A stretch of 64,000 nucleotides of DNA from Hypanus sabinus (lineage: Eukaryota), in the NCBI RefSeq assembly GCF_030144855.1, contig NC_082708.1, forward strand, positions 54,436,001-54,500,000, given 5' to 3'. The position numbers and the translations under genes are program-made. The notes under the pieces are model-generated. The model did not search any database and was not told the DNA's origin. It saw only the letters and a program-made list of their open reading frames with translations. The first letter of the stretch is position 1. Each line of letters begins with the position of its first letter. This document shows, in pieces, positions 49,001 through 59,931 of this stretch.

Positions 49001-49189
49001 ATACAAGCTACCACTGCTGCAGTGCTATCACGTATTTTCTAGCACTAGGGATGTACACCTTGCCAAAAATCACTATAAGATTTATTCTTCCCAGATAGTA
49101 CCAGTGGCCCAAATTTGGGGTCCTGGCTCACAGACTACGTGTCTTCTTCGAAACCGAAGGATTATTACCAATGCCAATGTAGAGGTGAT

Positions 49190-49425
49190 GTATGAATGGC
49201 GTGTGGTGTGGCATAGTAGCACAGCGCCGGCGACCCAGGTTCAGTTCCAACGCAGCCTGTAACCATGGCCACGTGGAATTCCTCTGAATGCTCCGGTTTC
49301 CCCCATATTCCAAAGATGTACGGGCTAGTCAGCTAACTGCTTTCGTGGGTGCAAATGGGGTGGCGCAAGCTTGTGGAGCTGGAATAGCCTGTTTCTCTGC
49401 TGTATCCATCAATAAAATAAAAAAT
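49190..49425 (+). mobile_element. tRNA-derived SINE (V-SINE-like)
   Basis: ccaggttcagttcc B-box-like; tgctccggtttcccccatattccaaagatgta central domain; A-rich tail. Confidence 0.7.
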
Positions 49426-49789
49426 GATGTGTTGAGAGAATTTTAGCCCAGATTCTGTTGTTATGTCGGGAAATTTCCATGGTGCTGGAAAAATACTGCA
49501 AAGCTGAGAACAAATTTGAACTTCAGTGCAGTTCACAGCAGATAATATCAAAGTTGCTTTGAGCGATGCACTGAGTCACTTGCTGCTCTCCAGTCACTGC
49601 TGGTTCGACTTCACCAGCACAACGAAGAAAAATCAAAGTAACCCGACAAAGATGAGAAGTATTTACAATCTCATTCTCACTCTGTGCTCGTGCTCAGATT
49701 GAAAATCATTTGTTTCCACTCCAATTCTTAGGCCTCATTAGCCACTTAGGAATACATTATTACATGTAGCTTCTCCCTCTGATGCTGCA

Positions 49790-50196
49790 GGATGAAACAG
49801 CCATGTGTCCACTTTGGGATATCACGTACTGTTTCCACTGTTTCTGCTGGGTATCTTTTCCCTAAAAGGGACGAGGTTCCCCAGATCGTCTCAAGGGCAC
49901 CATTTTCAGTGGTCAGGACTCCTGTGAGCTGGGGGGGAGGAGTACTATTGCATTGTTTAAAGCGTCTTTCAGAACATTTTTGAAATGGTTTCTATTGTCA
50001 ACCTGGTCGTCTCTTGCTGTGACCAAACAATGCAGCCTCTCCATCAGACCCAGCAGAGTATCATTACCGGTTATGGTCTGTGACAAAATGCTGTTCGCTA
50101 TTGTACCAGTAGGTTTGAGATTGGTACTGGGTTTATCTTTCCAGTGCTTTGGGGTGCTTGATCTGACTGAGGGGCTGGAGGGCGGGGCCAGACACT
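49790..50196 (-). mobile_element. Old RTE LINE 3' fragment (continues 53622-53870)
   Basis: Minus strand reads MVYQPAV across the Vingi TSD, then KHPKALER and ttcaaaaatgttctgaaagacgctttaaac (FKNVLKDALN), similar to the RTE C-terminus. Confidence 0.55.
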
Positions 50197-50815
50197 GCAG
50201 GCTGATTCATCCATAGCTTGGCACACCAGACAGCCAGCCACTCTAGTGTTGTTAGGTTGACATTGAGCAGGTCAGTGTCAGCTAGACCAGGTGAGGGTGG
50301 GCAGTTGCGCAGAACGTGCTCGATGTTCTGCACCCTTTCGCCACACTCACAGGATCCGCTGGTCTTCAAACCCCACTTCACCATATTGTCTCCCATCCCA
50401 CAAACTCCCGCTCTCACTCTGTTGAGAGTGCACCACTTCCGTCTGTCAGGCAGTGCCCCCGGGGTCTGGCAACGTTTCTGTGGGGTCTTGCACTGTGTTG
50501 TTTGCTGGGGTTGTGGCTTCTGTTTGTTGCCAGAGGTCAGTCCTGTATGTTTGGGGGGATGTTCCGTGCGGTAATTCCTCCACCACAGCAAAGCTTTTCC
50601 TCGATTTTAGGCGGTTGGAAACTGGCACATGATGATGTAGTGGGTGCCATGGATCCGAGTTCTGTTTACCTTTTTCAATTTTTGTTGTAGTGTGTCTTTG
50701 GATTTCTGCGGGAGCAATGCCTGTAAGTCTGTAAATGATGTTAGTGGGTGTGGGGCGCAGTGTGCCCGTGATTATTCGGGAGCAATGCCTGTAGGCCTGT
50801 AAATGATGTTAATGG

Positions 50816-51522
50816 TGTCATGTAGCCTGTGACCGGGTTACCGAACCAGCAGAAATGGAATACACATTGGAGTCTTGTATTACTGTAACTAATAGTGTTT
50901 ATTAGTAAACTAAGTAATAAGGTACTATAAAATGCAAATATATATAAAAACAGCTTAGCAATGGTATATACAGAAGTGTGGAAATAGGAATCAAAACCAA
51001 ACTCTTTCAAAGTCTAGGGGTAAATGGATAGTCCTACAATGGTGAAGAGTTCAGTTCAGTTTAGTTCAGGTTGAGTTAGTTCTGGTGTAACTTTGGAGAG
51101 AGGGAGAGGTGTTGCAGTTGCTGTTGAACCTTCAGTTATCTTCCTGTCCTGTTATGGTCACCGATTGTGATCCCGTACGACCGTTCTTCAGTGGTAGACC
51201 TGACTCCCAGGCGAGGGTGGACACACACACAAGTCCCCACCAGTTCACCTTCTCACACGGTGAGCCACTGATCGATTCCCCAAATCAATCCTCCAAACCC
51301 CCACCTTCACGTGGCTGCACAACGCTCTGTCAGTGTCCTGTGGCGTGTCTGCTGGTATCTTCGCAGACCTGCTTTTTATCCCCCCTGGTGGGGTACCAGC
51401 TGTCCATCAGGCCGTCCATCACCTGGTCCCACCTTGCTGTCTCAGCAAGAATCTTACAAGCAGGCAAAGAGGGTGTCCTTGGAGCAAAGGTAGACAGTCA
51501 GCTAAAGCCATAATAGTAAATC

Positions 51523-51592
<70 letters not shown>

Positions 51593-51704
51593 TGCAGCAG
51601 GATGCCTCCCCCCCTTCTTCTCTCTCTCTCTCTCTCTCTCATTAGCAGCATAGTTCACAGGGGGGTCAACTCTGGACCCCATCTCAGCTGGTTTACTCAT
51701 CACA
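50816..51704 (-). mobile_element. Solo LTR-like insertion (889 bp)
   Basis: TGTCATG..CATCACA termini; 4-bp TSD atgg / gtgg; tttatt near 50898 gives AATAAA on minus; left end resembles 56395. Confidence 0.75.
51526..51640. repeat. (CT)n microsatellites (51526-51589 and 51619-51640)
   Basis: Seen directly. Confidence 0.95.
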
Positions 51705-52437
51705 GTGGGTGTGGGGTGCAATGTGCACGTGATTATTCGGCAGACTTTGTTATGCAGTGGGTCTATTTTCTTCACATGGGCTGATCTGCCCCACACAGGT
51801 GCACAGTATTCTGCAGGTGCATAGCAGAGTGCTAGGGCAGTTGATCTAAGTGTGTGAGCATCGGCTCCCCATTTCGTGCCTGCTAATTTTTTCAAGAGAG
51901 AATTGCAAGAGCCAACTTTCCCTCGGAGTTTTTGGATGTGGGTGGCAAATGGGAGCGTCCTATCCAGTGTCACGCCCAGGTAGATTGGAGTTGAGTGGTG
52001 TTCGAGCTCCCTCCCACACCAGAAGATCTTGAGTTTCCAAGCTGCTTCTCGATTCCTCAGGTGGAATGCACACACTTGAGTTTCTGATGGATTTGGGTTC
52101 AGAGACCATTTTTCATAATACCGCTTCATTGCTTCGAGGACTGCTGTAAGTCGGACTTCAACTTCTGGGAAGGAGTTAGCTTGTGTTGCTATGCATAGGT
52201 CATCTGCATAGATAAACCTGCGTGTGTTAGGAAAGGTTGGTTGGTCGTTTGTGTGAACATTAAATAGTAGAGGCGCCAGGACTGATCCCTGTGGTAGTCC
52301 GTTCTTTTGTGGATGCCTCCTAATCTGAATTCCATTCATTTCTACATAAAATTTACGATTTTCTAGGAGGCTTATTATTACTTTGACTGTGGTTTCATTC
52401 ATTAACATTTTAGGTAAGTTTAGTAGAAGGCCTCTGT

Positions 52438-53326
52438 GGCTACATCCACACTACGCCAGATAAATCTGTAACTGAAGCTTTTTCTCTTCATTTTTACCCC
52501 CCGTCCACACTAAAACGGCATTTTTGCCCCCCAAAAGCGGAGCTTTTCAGAAACGCTTTCCAGGGTGGTTATTTTTGAAAATGCTGCTCGGGCAGATCAG
52601 TGTGGACGGGGTAACCGGAGAAATCTGAAAACACTGTCAGACGACAGCGTGCTATTTCATTGTTTTCCTGAACGCAACCTAACAATTTCAGAACAGACGG
52701 CAATGAGACTGAAGCCAGAAGAGTTAGTAATGTACTCACCAAATACTTTGACCCATAACTTACTGAATATATATGTATACTCACTTTGCCCTGTTTTCTG
52801 TCCTTGCTCGTATGAAGGTGGTTTACCTATTTATGCAAGTTCTTCTCTGACAATAGATGTGTAACAGCCTAATGTAACATTGTATGGAAATACGAGATAA
52901 TACTGATGCAGACATGTTTTATACATTCAACAAGGGGCTTTATTAATGCAACAGAGTTAGTCAGTTTTTCAATGTTCGTCGTCAGCCGGGTCAATCTATC
53001 TGTGAACTCCGTCAGTTGCCGCCGTATGCTCCAGTATTTGTTTTTTTTAGTTTTAAGTTCTCCTGCGCGAGAGCCAACAGCTGCCCATCGTTTAAGTTTT
53101 TCTAGTCTGGAACTGTACAAACGCGCACTTCTACGCAAGATTCAACACCAAACACGTCGCTGGTTTTCGGTAGATGTGTCCTGTGCATGCGCAGGAGGAG
53201 GAGATTCACTGAAATCTCCATTTCAGTGTGGATAGAGATATTTTCAAAAACGCATAGTGTGGATGCCTATCGTTTTTACGTGAAACCAGCATTTTCAAAA
53301 TTATCTGGTCTAGTGTGGATGTAGCC
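52438..53326. mobile_element. PIF/Harbinger-type MITE (889 bp)
   Basis: 26-bp TIRs ggctacatccacactacgccagataa / ttatctggtctagtgtggatgtagcc (2 mismatches); 3-bp TSD tgt; removing it restores Vingi AYDTVNHRGLL. Confidence 0.88.
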
Positions 53327-54464
53327 TGTGATTCACAGTGTCATATGCTGCTGTTAAGTCAATGAATACTGCCCCTGTAATTTGTTGCATTTCAAAGCTA
53401 TCCTCGATATACTGGGTTAAGTTCAGGTCTTGACTGCCAGCAAGAGCAGCCTGGCCTGAACCCGGCTTGGTCTGCTGTTAAAAGATCTTCGACTAAGGGG
53501 GATTTTCTTTTTAGTATGAGTCTCTTGTAGAGTTTATAGAGAGTGCAGAGCAAGGAAATCGGTCGGTAATTTTTAGGAACGTTGGGGTTTTTGTTGGGTT
53601 TTAGGAGAGCAGCAGGCTGATAGACCATGAGGTTTGAGAACTTGCTTTTCACGCACTCTTCCTCAGACAATCGAAGGCTGTGCTGGTACTCTGAAGGTGA
53701 TGGTTAACTCAGCATTGATATCCATCGGCAGTGGTTCCTGAGACATGTGGAGTGTTCACATTTTCCAAGGCTTCATAGTGCACCTTGACCATCAGAGTGA
53801 GAGGCAGTCGAAGGAGGGTAGGTCAGTCAGGGCCAATTTTGGATGTCAAGTGTACCAGTTATTTTCAGTGAATTAGTCAGTGATGGCTTGGAGCTTGATT
53901 CTGAGTGCACACATATATAACTGCCATTTCTAAATTACAGTTTTAGAAATTGACTGAAATTGACCTTGGTTTGGAATGAAATAGTTTGAACAGTTTCCCA
54001 CAGGTCCTGAAGATTAGCTGTTGGAGTTGAGGTGCAGGGTTGGGTGGAGAAAGACTGAGGAAGATGTCGGGGTAACGATGCAGCTGAACTTACATTGATC
54101 TTCACAGTGATCAGACTCATTGTGGATTCAATACTATTTTATAAAGTTCCATCCAGAGCACTAAATTCATTGGTGGCCATTCTAGAACTGCTTTTGGACT
54201 CCTGTTATAGACACAGATTAGATTTCTCGTAGATGGTTGATGACAGTGCTGAGTAAGAAGCACCTTCCTTGTTTAAGGCATGAAGTTACAAGGACTTGTC
54301 AATGCAGACCATCACCCCTTAGCTCTGAATATGAAAATCACATTACACAAAAAAAGTCCCCCCGTAATGGCTAAATGTTTTCTGGCTTCAGTAGTACAGT
54401 TGTGAGCAGTAAAGTCCCTTGTGTGCATTTAGCAATAGAATTGGAATTGATTTATTATTGTCAA

Positions 54465-55085
54465 ATGTTGAAAGTAAATTTATTATCCAAGTACATATGT
54501 GTCACTATATATTACCCTGAGATCCACTGTCATGCAAGCATTCACAGTAAATAAAAAAACAAGCAATAAAATAAATGAAAAATTACGCACAAAGATGGAC
54601 AAACAACCAATGAGCAAAAGAAGCAATGAAACATACAAATACAAAAAGAGAAAAAAAAAGTAATAACAATAAATAAACAAGCAACAAATTTCGAGAACAC
54701 GAGTGGGAGAGTCTTTGAAAGTGAGTCCCTACATTGTGGAATCCGTTCAGTTTTGGAGTAAGGCAAGTTGAGTGAGGTTAGCCTCTGGTTCAAGAGCCGA
54801 AGGCTGAGGGGAAGTAACTGTACCTGAACCTAGTGCTGTGTGTGTCCTGGGGTCCTTTACCTCCTTTCTGATGGCAGCCATGAGAAGAAAGCATGGTCTG
54901 GATGGTGGGGGTCCTTGAGGATGGGTACTGCTTTCCTGTGATTCTGCTATTTATGGATGTAGCCAGTGGTGGGGAGGGTTTTATCTGTGATGGACTGGGC
55001 CATATCCACTACCTTTTGTAGACTTTTCTGATTAGTGGTTTTGCTGTTTCCATACCAGGCCGTAATGCAACCAGTCAATATACTT
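54465..55085 (-). mobile_element. Rex1/Babar 3' end
   Basis: ccataccaggccgtaatgcaaccagtcaatat (ILTGCITAWYG on minus); tail aaagtaaatttattatc. Confidence 0.8.
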
Positions 55086-55502
55086 TGGCAAACTTGCAAT
55101 CAATTTTTACTGGTTTACTTACTTGCATATATTTAGTGCACTAACTGCAAAAGGGTGCATGATAAATCTGAATGGGAAAGAAAGCCATTAGGATGGTAAA
55201 GAAGGACTGTGATATTACGTGTTTAACATAAAGCAAAATAGTGATTCATCTTACATCCGCATTATTAAAAAAAGGAAGGAAGGCTGGATTGGCAAGGGGG
55301 CTGCTAAAGGATGATCAAAACAAGGCCACAGTAAACAGTAGGAAGGAGGCAGAAAGAGTAAATTGTTCTTCAGTACTTACCAGAGGGCGAACAGGACGAA
55401 GATGGGTGAGGAATAATGAAATGTGAACTTATAATAGAAGAATGGGATTTTTTTCACAAACTGAAAGAGGACAAAACCACTTATCCAGAGGGTCTGCATG
55501 CA

Positions 55503-55765
55503 CATGAATCCCCGCTGGTTTCCTTTCCGCTGCGTAAATCTAGGGAATACACACTCCCATCCCACCAAACCCGTGACATTGCAACAACTCTCCCACCTCA
55601 GACCCCGGTTTGTGTGGCTGCTGTGTAATTTGCCACCCTGTTACAACTCAGTACCAAGAACTAACAGAGAGCACACTGCATATAGTGAAAGGAATTATAC
55701 TTTTTAATCTTAACTAAAGGGTTAGTAAAGAAAAGAAATAAACAAAAAAGGCCCATTATAATTAA
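55503..55765. mobile_element. Truncated LTR-like fragment within old CR1 remnants (55330-55490, 55790-56070)
   Basis: Abrupt compositional change between CR1-like pieces; no TSD found. Confidence 0.35.
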
Positions 55766-56394
55766 AATATTTTCACTTGTAGAGGAAGTTTAGAGACCAT
55801 CATTATAAGTTAAGTGTCATGAACTCCAATTTGTAGTTGAGAAAATAGTTTCAGTGGTGAGACTGCTCTCAGTGGTAACTTCCTACCATGGAGTGTGGTT
55901 AAACCACATGACATGGATGCATTTAAAGTGAGGCTGGATAAGCCTTGGAGAGAGAAGGAAACAGCGTTGCAGATTTAGGTGAGGAAAGACAGAGGGTGCT
56001 TTAAAGGAATACAAATACTAGTGTTAGATACTGGGGCGGAGTGGTCTGTTTCAGAGTAATATACTGAATCTAAAGTATTAAAGATAATTGGAAGTGGAAA
56101 TGATAAATGATGTGTTGAACCCCTCGCGCAGTTATATAAACCCTCACTAATGAGAATCCCAGAACTGGACCTACCGCACAGAAAAATGAACAAAATAATT
56201 TCAATTGTCTCTGATTTAGTTACAGCTAATAGTAAACACCTGGAAGTACTTTAGCAACTGTGAATGTTTAAAGATGCCATACATCCATGATGAGAGAGAT
56301 GGAAGGGATTACTTTTCAACCCTTGCTAAGTTTCAACTGTGCCAAGTGTTTCAATCACTGATTTAATCTTTTTGCAAAGGTTAAAACTGACTAG

Positions 56395-57205
56395 TGTTAC
56401 ATACCCCGTAATTGGGTCACTTACCAGCAAAGATAGAGAGGTCCGTTGAAGTCTGATGGTACTATTTTTAACAGTATTTATTGATAAAAATACACAAAAA
56501 TAATATCAATGCAAACATAGAGATAATATACATCGTCAATACTAAATCTAAAAGCGCGGGTGTAATAATAATCAAAAAGAAATAGCTCTATCGTTGCCTA
56601 GGGGATAATGTATTGTCCAATGGAAATATAAAAGTCACTCAAGTTCATGCAGGCTGCAGCCTTTGGTTGGAGTCAAGAGAGAGAGTTTAAAACTTGCCCA
56701 TTCCTTTTATGATGTCAATCCTTCGAGAGTCGTTGGGGCTGATTTCTCCTTTGTTTTAGCTAAAGCCGTTCTTCCGTGGTAAGGCCCACCAATTCCAAGG
56801 CAAATGGAAAAGGACGCATGTGGGCTTTCCACCGGCTGTCGCTATTACGGGATTTCTAGCGTTTCTTCTGGTGCGTCTAAAGGGGCTGTTCCCCAGACCC
56901 TCTTTTATCCTTACTCACAGGGTCTCAGATGTTAATCAGGTCGGGATGATGCAATCTCTCAACCAACCCCCTCTGATCATTCTCTGAGGGCTTCCATGAA
57001 GTACAGTACTCAATACACAATTCCGTCTCCAAGAGACAATGGCCGTTCTCCGTGGCTTTGTATCGCTGAGGGCCAGGACATTCCAAACGTCTCTCTCTCA
57101 TTTCCTGGGTCTCCTGACCTGAATTAATAGCGATCTTGTGATTCTCAAAAAGGAGGGGGCTACTTTGGACCCTTCGGCCCCTCAGAGTTGGGCACAGGAG
57201 TAACA
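56395..57205 (-). mobile_element. Solo LTR (811 bp)
   Basis: TGTTAC..GTAACA termini; perfect 4-bp TSD ctag (56391-56394 / 57206-57209); tttatt near 56477. Confidence 0.88.
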
Positions 57206-57647
57206 CTAGTAAGAATCATGTGACCAGATATCATATCGAGTAATGTGCAGGGAACAATCCGCCTTGTGTTTGAGTGCCCCTTGGTTTGCATGCTCCATAT
57301 ACATTTTGTAGTTTCATACAGAAATAATATCACAGAAACCCTCTAAACATATAACAACGCTCTATCACTTCCTTCTTTTGCAATATGTTTTCTACACCAG
57401 TTTTATTTCCTATCGTTTTTTTCCCCTGAGAATATTGATTTCTCATTGTGGATTTGATGCCTTGGGCATTGAACTTCTTTCAACATGTTAACTAATAAGT
57501 CCTTTACATTTCATCATATTTTTTATTTCTCTTATGTTCTTATGACAGAAGGAGACCATTTGGTCCATTGAATCTCTGCCAGTTGTCAGAGTACTCTCAT
57601 CGATTCCATTCCCTCACCTATTTTCCTGTAACTGTTTGAAGTGTGTA

Positions 57648-58335
57648 CTCAGAATCAGAATCAGGTTTAATATCACTGGCATATGTTGTGAAATTTGTTA
57701 ACTTTATGGCAGCATGATATTATGTAGAAAAAACTGAATTACAGTAAGTATATTAGATAGTTAAATTAAATAAGTAGTGCAAAAACATGAAAAATTAAGT
57801 AGTGAGGTAGTCGAATAAACTCTTCTCGGGCTTCCAGCCAGCTACAGGTATCGATTATAATTGGTTTCGCTGCCAATTCTGTCATTTTCATCAGGGATGA
57901 TACCTAGGCATGTCTAGTTCAGTGGTATTTATACCCCTGTAGTCTGTCCCTCCTGAATGTTTAGACATTATCCAATCAGGTTTCCATTCCCCCAGTCTAA
58001 TTCCAGTTTCTTTGAGGTGGTGTTCATGGGTTCTACGTCCATTCAGAAATCAGATTGTAGAGGGGAAGAAGTTGCAGACTGTGTGTGTTCAGGCTTCTGG
58101 ATCTCCTTCCTAATGGTAACAATGAGAAGAGGGCATATCTTGGGTGATGGGGGTCCTTAATTATTGACGCTTCCTTTTTGAGGCACCGCTCCTTGAAGAT
58201 CTCTTAGATACCACAGAGGCTGGTACCTGTGACGGAGCTGATTAGTTTTACAGCTTACTTCAGTCCTGTGGAGTAGCCCCCTGTTCTAGACAGTGATACA
58301 GTCAGTCAGAATGCTCCCCACAGTACATACGTAGA
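57648..58335 (-). mobile_element. Rex1/Babar 3' end with (ATTCTG)n tail, interrupted by a Penelope fragment
   Basis: cagaatcagaatcaggtttaatatcact tail; gaggcaccgctccttgaagat. Confidence 0.75.
57812..58012 (-). mobile_element. Second Penelope-like family terminal fragment with hammerhead remnant
   Basis: TSD tgaggtagt / tgaggtggt; minus strand ctgatga-aaatgacagaattggcagc-gaaac (57864-57894). Confidence 0.7.
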
Positions 58336-58570
58336 GATCTCAGACAATGACAGCCAGCAGACTAATTGGCCATAAAGGGAACTATGCTGGTGCTCCAAGT
58401 GTTCTCTGACAATCAGCGTATACACAAATGTATTACTGTCTCTGACCACTATCTTACCTTCTGCTTGCTCAGATACATTAAGACCAGTAGTATGGACACA
58501 TTCCATCCATGGCAACTCATCGTAGACCAGTTACTAAAATAGTTGCTCACTGTTCAATTCAGCAGTTTTT

Positions 58571-59180
58571 CACTCAGTGGCCACATTATTAGGTACACCA
58601 GTACACCTGCTCATTAATGCAAATATCTAATCAGCCAATCATGTGGCAGCAACTCAATACATAAAAGCATGCAGACCTGTCAAGAGGTTTTGTTGTTATT
58701 CAGATTAAACATCAGAATGTGGAAGAAATATGACCTAAGTGAAATGGACTGCGGAATGACTATTGGTGCCAGACGAGGTGATTTGAGTATTTCAGAAACT
58801 GCTGATCTCGTGGGATTTTCATGCACAGCATCCTTAACTTCGGTCCACAGAAACTTTCCTTAGTTAGTATTGGTCCTTGGCCTGCCAAAGATTGGGCACC
58901 TTTTTCTAGAGTTTACACAGAATGAGTTGTGAAGCAAATGACATCTGGTGAGCACCAGTTTTATGGACAAAAATGCCTTGTTAGAAAGAGAGGTCAGAGG
59001 AGAATGGTCAGCCTGGTTTGAGCTGACAGGAAAGTGTCAGTAACTCAAATAACTATGCGTTACAACAGCAACATGGCAAAGAGCATTTCTGAATGCACAG
59101 CATCTTGAACCTTGGATGGCTGGAGTAGCAAAAGACCGTGAATATTCTGAAAAATGCACAGTGACCACTTTGTTACAGTT
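58571..59180 (+). mobile_element. Tc1-derived non-autonomous DNA transposon
   Basis: TIR cactcagtggccacattattaggtaca; MWKKYDLSEMDCGMTIGARRGDLSISETADLVGFS; short foreign insert ~58830-58903. Confidence 0.88.
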
Positions 59181-59312
59181 AATAAAGTAGACACTAAAAG
59201 TATACTGCAGCCCGAAAATATAATAAGCATCAGTCACTTCAATTATTCTGCTTTCCATATAAAGGAACTTATGGTCATTTAGACCTCTTTGTGTTCAAGA
59301 ATTCACTCTAAG

Positions 59313-59686
59313 TTTGATGAGAGACCTAGGCGAGAATTGTAAGGATCAAAGTGCAGAAGTATCGGAGTCTAGAATCGAGACACTATTTTGAGACGGAGCC
59401 AAGGACAGGGTATTTGACTAGGTCCTAGACAAGAACATGATGAGACTAGATGAGAATCCAAATGACCCTAAACACAATCGCAGACTGAATCAAAGGTGAG
59501 CTGACAATTGAGCCCTGAGCTTGAGCTCAAGTGCTCTTTAAATATCCAAATCTTAGCACCAAAACATGGCTGCCAATTAACAGTGAGGGCCAGAATATTT
59601 AAAGGGACCACACCAGCTGTCTGTACTCCAGAGAATCAGAGGGTCTAAACCCCAGAGGCCGGCACAGTTGGGAGTGTACCATAACA
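59313..59686. mobile_element. Solo LTR-like insertion (374 bp)
   Basis: Perfect 5-bp TSD ctaag (59308-59312 / 59687-59691); right end CATAACA, left end TTTGATG (degenerate TG). Confidence 0.65.
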
Positions 59687-59931
59687 CTAAGTGAATTGCT
59701 GTAATGTATTTCTGGACAGAGTGGGTGGGAGGAGACATATGAACATAATAACTCAGAATATAAGCAGGTTATTCAGCCTTTGTGCTTGGTCTGCTATTCA
59801 ACAAAAGGATCTTTGACATGTTAACTGAATGCCTCCTTAAAAATCTATCTTTCTTGAACATACCATTCAACCGAGAGTCTTTGTACCAAATGTCTGTCGC
59901 CTATTTTGAGATTGTAATCCTAATTCTGGAG

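Larger units (their letters stand above)
44463..49137 (-). mobile_element. Academ (AcademX-type) DNA transposon, internally deleted
   Basis: TAG..CTA termini; 11-bp perfect terminal repeat tagtctgtgag plus ~95-bp imperfect subterminal inverted repeat (44463-44586 / 49005-49137); transposase, XPG-like and Cys-finger coding remnants inside. Confidence 0.85.
43956..49175 (+). mobile_element. RTE-derived non-autonomous element (~545 bp: 43956-44462 + 49138-49175), split by Academ
   Basis: Perfect 10-bp TSD aatgtagagg (43946-43955 / 49176-49185); RTE-type 3' tail gtcttcttcgaaaccgaagga..atgcc; GC-rich structured 5' end, no coding remnant. Confidence 0.8.
50207..53611 (-). mobile_element. 5'-truncated Vingi (Ingi-related, I group) LINE split by two insertions
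   Basis: Perfect 10-bp TSD gcaggctgat (50197-50206 / 53612-53621); NYRPISLL, QAGFRPG, AYDTVNH, GLPQGSVLAP, YADD, YLGVTLDR, WGADAHTLRSTALAL, AEYCAPVW, RLKSRKSF, C-terminal CECG..H..C knuckle; no RNase H. Confidence 0.88.

Noticed and set aside
51521-52408. 295-aa ORF, the longest in the window, as a functional gene
   Set aside because: It is a Vingi RT fragment reading into the LTR-like insert; the ERERER tail is just the (CT)n microsatellite
52869-53138. Remnant Harbinger accessory protein inside the MITE
   Set aside because: No Myb/SANT or DDE motif recognisable; cannot be supported without a search
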